50,523 nt of DNA from Chromera velia. Taxonomy: Eukaryota. The notes under the pieces were generated by a model. It ran no database searches. It was not told the DNA's origin and saw only the letters and a program-made list of their open reading frames with translations. A program made the translations under genes and the position numbers. Shown in pieces: positions 12,605 to 23,071 of this stretch. The stretch is from assembly GCA_018398765.1 (NCBI GenBank), contig JAHBMJ010000305.1, positions 1-50,523 of the forward strand, read 5' to 3'. Each line of letters begins with the position of its first letter. The first letter of the stretch is position 1.

Positions 12605-13174
12605 GGGGGGGCACTTCAGCCGGTTATACCATGGTTACTGACTTTACACCCCCCCTTTACAACGTGTGACATGTAACCATCAGTCAAAAGTGGTGCCAAT
12701 TGATTAGTTACGTTTGATTACTTACAGAACTGGCTTCAAGATTGTTAAACAATTCAGGTTATGGTCCAAAATAATAAAAAATGATGTGTCATACTCACTT
12801 TACCCCCAAACCCCCCATAACCGGGTAACCCGTAACCTTTTTTGACCCCCCTTAAAAATAAAGTAACCTCCCCCAAGAAGCATTCAAACATGTTCTAAAG
12901 ATCATTTTGAATGTTTTTAAAAGTTGAAAATTTGGTCGGTTACTGAGGTCAAAATGCTCGTAACTGGGTAACCTGTAACCTCTTTGTGTGATAAAGATAA
13001 AAAGGGGTAACCCAAAGTAACCACGTAGCCTACACTTCAAAAACATCAAATTTTGATGTAACTTGACCAAGCGGAGCTCCAGGTTGCCGGACTGGCTCGC
13101 AAAACTGTGTTTTTGTTCATATTTTATGTCATTTTGGGCTTAAAATCTACGATAACCTTCCAAAGTGCCCCCCC
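12605..13174. mobile_element. MITE, GGGGGGGCACTT-TIR family, copy 2
   Basis: TIR GGGGGGGCACTT / AAGTGCCCCCCC, flanked by TAG on both sides; GTAACC motifs. Confidence 0.8.
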
Positions 13175-13661
13175 TAGACATAGACACTATAGGAGTGTCC
13201 ACCTACTCGGCGCTGGGAGTAGAGTCACTCTTTCGCCATCTGTGTCATTTTTCTGACAAATACAATCTTCAGAGACAGCAGCACAATGACTGTCCGACAG
13301 ACTGAGTACTGAATCTTTTTCTCACCGAGTTTCAAGTGAAGTCAGAGTTGGGCTTCTTAAAAGATATGAAAAGAGCATTTGCACAGCTTATGTTTATCAC
13401 TGCCTTTGTGCATCTGCGCCAGGGCCTCCTGTGCAAGCAATTCCCTTTGTAGAAGGAGATGGCTGTGTAGAAGTGAGAGTGCAGAAAGTGAATCTGTAAA
13501 TGCGCACGTGCATAGATGAAGGCAGCTAAAGGTGAACAGACCTTTTTGTTTGGCCAGGACCATTGTTGACGTTGCTGCCTATTCGAGTACAATGACCACC
13601 TAAAAGGAACATACATACAAGTATATATATGCATGTGTACATCATTGTACAGTACATTGAC

Positions 13662-13942
13662 TGTTACCTATATATGGGGCTCTTTGAACTCTAATAGCTA
13701 AGATGAGCATTCGAGTTCAGTGGCTATAAGTGTCGTAGAAAGTCTGATCTAGGAGAGTTATCCTGTTAATTTATCAGTCAGATGCTACCACATCAATCAA
13801 GCGTGCATGCAGGCAGACTGATCAATTATTCCGACGTCAGGCCACATCAGAATTATACAGGCCATCACTCATAGCACCGCCGTGCCGCCACGCCGCCACG
13901 CTTTGAGCCCGTCGCCCGCCCGGTGCTCGTGTCCGGCCTATA
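13662..13942 (-). repeat. 3' LTR of the Gypsy element (281 bp)
   Basis: TGTTA...GGCCTATA on +; aligns to 21096-21219 plus 21514-21662. Confidence 0.92.
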
Positions 13943-14231
13943 CCTGCCCGCTGCTTAGAGCCGACGACCTTGCTCGGCTTCTGCTCTTCTTCTATAGGCT
14001 CCCCCTCCTAGAGCCCCTTCGAACCGTCCGACTCGCTCATCACACATCTCATTCTACACGGATAAGTACATCGAACTGCATACACACACATGCAAGATCG
14101 GAGGATAATGTCATACACAATTCATTTACCTAATCTTCTTCATCCATTCTACACTCACAAGTACACATACCACTCCACAGGCCTATCACTTCTGCCCATA
14201 CTGACTTCACCTCATTTTACCTCTCTGTTCC

Positions 14232-17200
14232 TTAACTGCATCCTATACCTGCCCGTTGCTTCTTTCTTTTCTTTGAATGTGTGTAGTGCTTCTTTGGTGT
14301 GTGCAGATTTACGGCAGGCTCCCAGGATGCATTTTTTTTACTCTCTCCTTCCCACCATACTAGATAGTATGCCTGCTTATCTATCTTTCTGTGATCAAGA
14401 ATGATCTCTTTCACTTCATACTCGACCTCCTCTGATGCAGGCAATCTGATGGCAGGAGGAGGGTCATCCTTTTCTCTCTTGTACTTCTTGAGGAAAGAAA
14501 TATTGATGATATTGTGGCCCCTTACCCCTGCAGGGAAAATCAGCTTATACGCATTGCTCCCTATTTTCTCTTCTACCTCAAACGGTCCATAAAATACAGG
14601 CTCAAGCTTCCCGTTTGGCTTTTTACTTCCCTTAAAGTATGCATTGCGCACAAGCAAGAAATCCCCTGGAGCAAATGAGACTTCTTTTCTGTATGGGTCT
14701 ACTTGATGAGCTGCTTGCTCTCTTACTCGTTCAAGTTTCTCCTTTGCCTTCATGATTTCTGCCTCTCTGCGGTCTGCAAAGTCTGCTGCTGGCGGACAGA
14801 ATGACTTCGAGCGCATGGAGACTGAAGGCAAACGGATGGGGTCACAGCCGTACAAGAAAGAAAAAAGAGACATGCCTGTGGCTGGATACACAGAATCATG
14901 ATATGCAAATTGACATGAACACAACCACCTCGGCCAGTTTGTCTGATGCTCATTCACAAAACAATGCAACATCTGTTCAATTGTCTGATTGTCTCTCTCT
15001 GTCTGTCCGTCTGACTGTGGGTGTTCTCTTGTGCTCATATTCAGCTTCGTTCCCCACAAACGAGCCAATTCCTTCCAGAATGCCGACAAAAAACGAGGAT
15101 CACAATCATTCACGACTGACTGTGGCATTCCATGCTCGCACACAACGCGCTCGTAGACCACCTCTGCAGTTCCCTCGGCGGTGATTTCCGAGGAGACTGC
15201 AGTGAAAGTAGGGGTTTTTGACAGACGGTCAATCATAGAGAGAATCCCATCAACCCATTCTCCTTTGAACATCACCCTCAGTAAACCAAACACAAAATCC
15301 AAAAAGATTGACTGAAAAGAGAATTCAGGGATAGAGAGAGGTTGGAGTAATCTATGTGGTTTGTCAGTCGGCCTCTTTGCTCTCTGACATGCATCGCACT
15401 TTCTGATATACTGCTGGACAGAAACATACATATGAGGCCAGTAGAAACTTCCTACCAGTTTCAAATATGTCTTCTCTGCCCCCAAGTGACCCCCTGCGGC
15501 CGTGTCGTGATGCTCATAAATGAGATTCCTTTGTAGTCTCTCTGTAGGGATAGCCAGCCTATTGTTGAAATAAAGCAATCCATCTTCTATCTGAAAATGA
15601 GGGACAATCAGCCGTAAGTGTTGAGGCACCTCTCTATCAGGGTGCTCCATCACTTCCTTCACTTCTGTCCAGAACTTCTCTTCTTTATAGCTTTTCTTTA
15701 TCTTCTCAAACAACTCCTCATCCGGCTGCACTCTTGACTCCAGCAACAACAACTGGCAGACTTCTTTTCTTTCTTTCTCTTCTTCTGTTGACTCATGGGT
15801 GGTCACCGCCAGGTGTCTGCTCAGTGCATCTGCCACTCTGTTTCTTACACCGGGCACATACCTGGGAGTGATCCCCAACTCGTCGAACATCGAGACGAAT
15901 CTGCATATACGTGGAGACATCAGGGTGCGGTCAGCAGACACATTAACATACTTGAGAGATTTATGATTGGACCATACCTTGGTTGTATGACTGACATATG
16001 GTCTCCACGATTTTATAACAAACACACATGCAAGAAATTCTTTGTCTCTGATAGGATACTTCAATTTTACCCGTAATATTCTGCGTGAGGCAAATGCATA
16101 CGGACGCTAGCACGGATAGAGCTATCCAGTCTCAGGGTCTTCTTGCATGAGTGCGGCAGCAAGCGTCTCTGTCGATTCACATGCATCTACAAAGATTTTA
16201 AATAGACGCACAGAATCAGGGATATACAGCTCTACTGTATTCCTCACTGCTTCTTTTAGTACCTCAAAGCTCTCTTCTTCTTTCTTTCCCCACTCAAACA
16301 ATTTATCTCGCCTCAGCAATGCATACAGAGAACCTGCCTTTTTACTGAAGCGAGGCACAAAACGTCTCACCCAATTTATAAAACTAAGGAAAGAAAGCAC
16401 ATCGTTCTTGCTCTTGGGGGTGGGCCACTTACTGACTTGTTTAGTCTTGCTCCTCTCTGGATGCACCCCCGTCCACATAATCTTCAGTCCCAGGGAAATG
16501 ATTTCAGTCTGCATGAAATGACATTTAGAGAGCTTTGCCTTCATACTGTTCTTACCGAGCAACCCCAACATAATCCGTATATGTTTTTTATGTTCCTTTC
16601 TAGTACGTGAATAGATGAGAATGTTATCAAGAAAGACAGACACAAAACGATCGGGACATGAACGAAGAACATACTGAATCACTCTCATTCTATGCGATGG
16701 GGCGTTCGTCAACCCAAAAGAGACAACCAGCCACTCAAAAGAACCATAATGAGTCGTGAAAGCTGCCTAGTTGCATGATGGCCGGGTAATTACCGGGTAA
16801 CCGGTTACCTGGCCGGGCTAGACCAATTTTTTAACAATGGCCAGGTTACCGGTTTACCGGCCATATAATTAAAAAAAAAATAAAAATAAAAATCTAGAAA
16901 AAAAAATTAAAAAAAAATATAGAAAAAAAAATTATAGAAAAAAAAATAAAAAAAAATCTGGCCGCATTCGAAAGACGCGGAAACTTTTGAATCCTAAAAC
17001 TGTTTTTCTTTCACGCATCAAACTCATATGCACGCATAACAAGCGAATAACATGCATGAAAATCGATGAAACACATTCATGCGGCATGAAAGTACACACA
17101 CATGCACAAAACACGCGTGAAACACATGCACAGTCAACTCGACGCGATAGCTGTATCTGAACAAAAACCAGTTGAGGGATTTTGATCCATCAACTGATTT

Positions 17201-19050
17201 ATGCAGATATTTTCTATCTAGCGCCTCTTCTCAGACTCTTCTTGGCATTGACGACAGCCCGAGGCTGAGGCTGGACAAAATCGATGACTTCCTCCCCTCC
17301 CCCTCTTCTGACTGCTTCTGTGGATGCATCAGGCTCATTTGCTCTCTCCTCCAACTCAACCTCCAAAGCCTCTTATTCTTCTGCGAGGGTCTCTTCTGTC
17401 ACATCTGTAAAAAAATATTTGCAGAAGGTTTCCTCCCCAATCCGATCCTCTTTCTGCAAACGACTGCCTTCACACCTCTCTCTCATGAGACGGAGATTCG
17501 AAAACGTCAAAACAAGGAGGTTCTGTCTTTCTTGAGACAAACGGTTCCTTCGCTTGCTGTAAATATCAAGAGCAAAACCTGCTGAGAGAACTGCTCAATC
17601 AAGAGCAAAACCAACGTTTCAACAATACAGGGTCGCGACGTTTCCACATAAGAAAGTGACTGACCTTTGCATCACTGAACGATCACATTCAATTGCGACA
17701 GGAGACTGTATACAGGCGCGCACGGGTATCGCAAGCATGCCTGACGTGCCGGGCGCGGTCGCGGCGGCCCCCATTGCGCCAAGGCCGCGCGGCGGCCGCA
17801 CGGACGTCGATCGGGCCGCGGCGCGGGCCCGCGGCGCCGCCGCGACTCGGCCGGCCAGGTTACCGGCCAACCTGGTAACCACCCCCCTATTTCTGGCTGA
17901 CTACCAAGTTACCAGGATACACCTAGGGAAAGCTGTCTTTGGGATATCTTCCTCCCTCATTCTTATCTGATGGCAGTACTGACGTAAATCCAGCGTCATG
18001 AAAAAGCGTGTCCCATGTAGACGATCAATCTGATTCAATTCCTGAGGGTGAGGGAGAGAATATTTATCTTTGATCGTTATTTTATTCAGTCCACTATAGT
18101 CACAGCACATATGCATGGTGCCGTCTTTTTTCTAGACAAAAAGAATCGGGGCAGTGTATGGAGACGCTGACGGACGGATGAATCCTTGCTGAAGATATGC
18201 ATCTATCTGCCTTCTCAGTTCATCCAACTCTCCGATCGACAAATGATAGGGCGGGTGGGCGGGAAGAGAATGACCTAGCTCAAGCTCAACTTTGAAATCC
18301 AAATCAGGTCTCCTTGAAGAAGGCAACTCTTTCAATCGATCAGGAAAGAGAGTCGCATAATCAGCTACAATTTCTTTTACATCAAGCGCAACCTCAGCAT
18401 CCGGTCGAGAAAGAAATTCACGCACATCTGACAAGTCAGAGGCCGACCAAGCAGGATGATCAGACGGAAGAGAAGATAGAAAATTAGAACCCAAAATCCC
18501 CCCATCATTCATTCTCCCCTTTTCTTTCCCCTCACTCACTTCAGTCATACAGACGTCGCAGGCACGCCGGCGTACCGTCTCCAATCGTACGAGATGACAG
18601 ACGGCACCTCTCTTGATCGCTCGCTTGGCCTGCAAATGCGACACAATAGGAGGGTAAGGTCTATTTTCTATATACGCACCCCCCCAGAGATTCACTTCCT
18701 TGCCGTCAAAGAAGAAGCGAAGAGAACGAGACCAGTGGCTGATTTTAGGTTGATGGACGTCACTCCATTTCCATCCAAGGATGATATCGTAGCCATCCAG
18801 ATCAGCAAGCAATATACCGACTGTCTCCTGATACTCCTGAATTCAGAGGGGCACAGCGGGTGTATACTCACTGACCTCTTGTCTCCTCGGCTCCTTCACG
18901 GCGACCCGACAGTTAAGAGGAGTACCAAACCTACGAACATGCAACTGCCGATGGTGTACAAACTTACTATCGATAAAAATATTATCGGCTCCAATGTTAT
19001 ACAAGACTCTGACTGGAGCACCCATGACCGTGTCATGATAGACAAAACTA
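14232..19050 (-). pseudogene. Gypsy pol (protease, RT, RNase H, integrase, chromodomain) with stops and a hAT insertion
   Basis: LYNIGA (protease, D>N); RPSASPYTAPILFV*KKDG; CDYSGLNKITIKDKY; KTAF|TTHYG rejoined across the insertion; FLDNILIYS (YxDD, D>N); FVDAC (RNase H); GHLGAEKT...CDAC; HPQSDGQTER; YGPF; EYEVKEII...YLVWWEG...SWEP chromodomain. Confidence 0.95.
16766..17927 (-). mobile_element. hAT-family deletion derivative (1162 bp) inserted in the Gypsy RT
   Basis: 8-bp TSD GAAAGCTG (16758-16765, 17928-17935); ends CCTAGTTGCATGATGG and CCAGGATACACCTAGG; minus-strand remnant IYSKRRNRLSQERQNLLVLTFSNLRL (about 17485-17565) resembles the hAT C-terminal dimerisation domain. Confidence 0.9.
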
Positions 19051-19499
19051 GTCTTAAACGAATCTTCATCATCCTCATCTATCTCATTCCATCCATTCTG
19101 TCTCTCTTGTCTATCTCCTTCCTCAACCACACCACGTACCTCTTGGTCTCCTTCGACCACGACGTCGTCATTTGGGCTTTGGTGTCTGATCGTCCTCACC
19201 CCGGCTATCCGTTTGGATCCAGCTATGCGCGCTGGTGATCTACGCCCCCGAGGCTGAGGAGATCCACTGAATGATGGAGACTGTGCGCGTCCCTCACCTC
19301 TCCTTCCACACGACATCGGTGACCCTGGACTGTCACCTCGCCGACCAGACCTGCCTCCCACTCCCGACGACTAGGCCCCCTGACTGGCGAAAGGATGCAG
19401 AGATGGGTAGGGGGTTGATGCTTACCAGAGGTAACCCGGAGGCTGCCGGGGGGACTGGAAAGATCTGGTCTGGGACGTCTAAATGGTTTGCATGTATGG

Positions 19500-21027
19500 G
19501 GGCAACTGGGGTCCGTTGCCACACTGCCTGACCTGATAGTCCAGCTTTCCACACAGTAAACAACGATGCAGTCTCCGTCTGTTATCCCTACACTGCCTGC
19601 AGAATCGTAGAGTGACGTCCTAGGTGCATCCTGGTAACTTGGTAGTCAGCCAGAAATAGGGGGGTGGTTACCAGGTTGGCCAGTAACCTGGCCGGTAAAT
19701 CAGTTGATAGATCAAAATCCCTCAACTGGTTTTTGTTCAGATACAGCTATCGCATCGAGTTGACTGTGCATGTGTTCACGCGTGTTTTGTGTATGTGTGT
19801 GTGTTTTCATGCCGCATGAATGTATTTCATCGATTTTTATGCATGTTATTCGCTTGTTGTGCATGCATATGAGTTTCATGCGTGAAAGAAAAACAGTTTT
19901 AGGATTCAAAAGTTTCCGCGTCTTTCGAATGCGGCCAGATTTTTTTTTTGATTTTTTTTCTATAATTTTTTTTTCTATATTTTTTTTTAATTTTTTTTTC
20001 TAGATTTTTATTTTTATTTTTTTTTTAATTATATGGCCGGTAAACCGGTAACCTGGCTATTGTTAAAAAATTGGTCTAGTCCGGCCAAGTAACCGGTTAC
20101 CCGGTAATTACCCGGCCATCATGCAACTAGGAGTGACGTGGTGGCAACCCCGTAGGCCTCCGAGGAGCACCAAACCCACACAATTCCATTGGTACCGGTC
20201 CTGTCGGGTTGATCGGCTCCAATGCTATAGGCGTGGGCATGTTTCTCCGCCCCCACTGGCCCTTACGAGAGCTGACATCCTGTAGCCAGAGCTCATTATC
20301 AAGGGCCTTCTCCATCGCTTCCTCCAAAGTGATGGGTTCTTCTCAGTCCGTCTGGTACCTGATGACAGGAGGCAATCCTTCGATGTAGTCATCAACCAAA
20401 TCTAACTCGTTGGCTCCTGGGATCTTCAGAGCAAGTGTAGAGAACTCCTCATTATAGTCAGTGACGGACCCTTTGCACATGAGGGTGAGAACCTTCCTCC
20501 TCGCTTTCCTCTACTCATGCTTCTTCTTGTACCTCCCTCTCAGCACTTCACGCAGTGCTAGCCAGTCCGCAAAACCCTGTCCACGCTTCACCCTCAAGTT
20601 AAACCAGTTCCTCAAGGGTACAGACAGAAAAGTCTTAGCGATTCCCAGTTGACGATGATGAGGGACTTAAGCGTTGATGAAGTAGTTACCAGTGTCCGTG
20701 ATGAACCTCTCCGTTTGGTCACGGCGTCCAGTAAACGTCTCCGGCTTCACCAGAGTGATGCGAGGCACCTGCTCGCATTCTTCAACTTCAGGGCCCTGAG
20801 GTGCAGCACTAGGTTGCAGTAAGAGGAAGTGCACCTTCAGCTGGAAAGACAGGCTGTGGAGCAGCGATAGATTGAGCTGTGACCACACCTGACAGAATCT
20901 GCTGGATCTGCTGGTTGCTCTTCTGCAAAGCTGCAAAGCCTTGCTGCAGTGTCGTGAAGCCCTGCTGAAGGTTCTGCAGGGCATTTCCGACCTGCTCAGA
21001 AGTCAATGAAATGGGAACTGGTTCCAT
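19500..21027 (-). pseudogene. Gypsy gag, frameshifted, with stops, interrupted by a hAT MITE
   Basis: KPETFTG capsid-like motif; SVTDYNEEF; YIEGLP; PVPMEL; decayed zinc knuckle CLLCGKLDYQVRQC near 19520-19565. Confidence 0.85.
19619..20131 (+). mobile_element. hAT MITE (513 bp), same family as 16766-17927, opposite orientation
   Basis: 8-bp TSD AGTGACGT; CCTAG...CTAGG termini; near-identical reverse complement of both ends of 16766-17927, lacking the middle. Confidence 0.92.
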
Positions 21028-21079
21028 TGAGAAAACTCAATCTGAAGACACTGAGAGAATCAAAACCTGTTCGGAACCT

Positions 21080-21093
21080 GGCTCTGGTAACCA
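21080..21093 (-). promoter_or_regulatory. Primer-binding site of the Gypsy element
   Basis: TGGTTACCAGAGCC 2 nt inside the 5' LTR, similar to the initiator-tRNA-Met PBS TGGTATCAGAGC. Confidence 0.75.
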
Positions 21094-21095
21094 AT

Positions 21096-21662
21096 TGTTA
21101 GCTATATACAGGGCTCTCTGAACTCTAATAGCTAAGATGGGCATTCGAGTTTAGTGGCTATAAGTATCGTAGAAAGTCTGATCTAGGAGAGTTATCCTGT
21201 TAATTCATCAGTCAGATGCTGTTGAGCCGCCGTGCCTAAAGTGCCTGCCGCCATGTGCGCCGCCTTATAGATTGATGAGCCATGCCGAGCTGCATGCATG
21301 CATGTGCATGCTTCTTCATACAATTTGAATTAATTGCAATCAATAGTAGCATGCTCATAAAACGTGATGAGATGAAACGGCTGAACAATGAAAGGAACGG
21401 GAATATACAATGCATCCTGTCCTTCAGTCTTTCCCTGTAAGAAGATCTTAAGAGACTCTAATGATAAGCTTCTAGTTGAGAAGATCTAGTGGCTTCTAAG
21501 GTCTTTCAGATGCTATCACATCAATCAAGCATGCATGTAGGCAGACTGATCATTCCGACGTCAGGCCACGTTAGAATTATACAGGCCGTCATAGTGCCAC
21601 CGCGCCGCCACGCCGCCACACCTTAGGCCCGTCACCCGCCCGCTGCTTGTATCCGGCCTACA
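21096..21662 (-). repeat. 5' LTR of the Gypsy element, interrupted by a solo LTR
   Basis: TGTTA...GGCCTACA on +; homologous to 13662-13942. Confidence 0.92.
21220..21508. mobile_element. Solo LTR of a different retrotransposon (289 bp)
   Basis: TG...CA termini, exact 5-bp TSD GATGC, absent from the sister LTR. Confidence 0.85.
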
Positions 21663-23071
21663 TTAACAATGAGCGGAGTATAAAAGAAAAAAAAAGACCA
21701 CAGAAGACAGATTCAACTGATGGATTGCAGAATTATGTCAGGAAGGGAAGAAGGCGCTTTTCTCTTCTCTAGATGATGAACCAATGTTTGACAAACCCAA
21801 TATAGATAAATGCACTTCTCAAACTCATAAATGAATTCATCGATCGGATTCCGTGTGTATGCCCCTTTTTCCCCTTCAAGCTCCTTTGAGAAGTATATGT
21901 GTGAAAGTTTTTTCTTTTCCAGCATGCTTCATGATGTAAATGGTGCGTAACCATCTTGACAGGTGTTTGACTATCTCAATAGACTCTCCCATCTCTTTTC
22001 TTTATGGACAACACACAGTTGTCTCTATCCTCTAACCCCCACTCTTCTGACGTGTGCACATACTTTGCTGTCTGCTCATCTAGCAGACATGTAAAACACC
22101 AATTTTGGTATGCTCAATTTGTTACCCCTAACAAGGGTTCCCCTCTTTTTTTGTGATCGACAATCAATGGTTCTCCTAAATTCGTTCTCTACTATTCGTC
22201 TACAATGTCATATGCTTTTTACCCCAGATCTTTCAATTTCTTCAACAATATAGGTAGGTAGAAAATAAAGCTAGAGGTGCCCCTAGATCACTATGACGCA
22301 GTGCAAACATCCTTTTCTGTTGCTGTTCATTCTCGCTATATATGCCCACCTTCATGAATGTGATGGTACATCTGATCAGAGTTATTAACTCTTTGAGAGA
22401 CCTTTTTGGAGCTTCTCGATCTGTGTGTTACATCAGGCACTCTTTTGTTTCCACCACTCCAGTTTGGTCGAGTTTTCGTTTTGAGTTTTGCATGATTTTT
22501 TGAAATTTTCAAAATGTCCAACGTTAGAATTTTTTGAGTTTTTGAGTTTCAGTTAGATTTTTTGAGTTTCAGTACCAAGTGTGCCCAGAGCAGAAATGAA
22601 AAAGAATTCCGTGTGACCTAGCTGTCATATAGTGAGAAGGTCGATCATATGGTCGATCCTTCTCAACATTCCTTAGTCGATGGAACTCTAGAAGATGAAA
22701 CACACCTTCCCCGTGCCATCCACGGCACTCACCCGGCCCTTCCCCGTCTATATCACCGTCCACCCTTCCGCACTTCCAGATCGCTCCGACTGAACTTACG
22801 TTACAGACTCCGCTCCGCTCCGCTGGAACTTCCACTGAAAGGGCCCTGTTTCGATCATAGCACACACAGGAAGTTGCAAGCACTACACCGCATCTGTTTG
22901 GCGTGCTCCTGTGCACAGCCACCGAGGAAGTAGACGATCGATGCCTCGCCGTGCCTCAAAAAGGGGGACGAAGACCGAGACGGCGGATCACCGTCTCTGG
23001 GTTGGACCGGTGAGTCGGTGCTCTCGCGGCCGAGAGATTAAATATACAGTTGCAAAGGGAACAGACAGATA

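Larger units (their letters stand above)
13662..21662 (-). mobile_element. Full-length decayed Ty3/Gypsy chromovirus-type LTR retrotransposon with three nested insertions
   Basis: Two homologous LTRs; 5-bp TSD TTGAC/TTAAC (1 mismatch); PBS next to the 5' LTR; gag-PR-RT-RNaseH-IN-chromodomain order on the minus strand. Confidence 0.95.

Noticed and set aside
21670..22420. Minus-strand coding-like sequence, perhaps continuous with 13200-13650 before the Gypsy insertion
   Set aside because: Stop-ridden, with no motif I can identify.
22289..22634. Possible CACTA MITE (CACTATGAC ... GTCATATAGTG)
   Set aside because: TIR is short and gapped and the flanks give no TSD.
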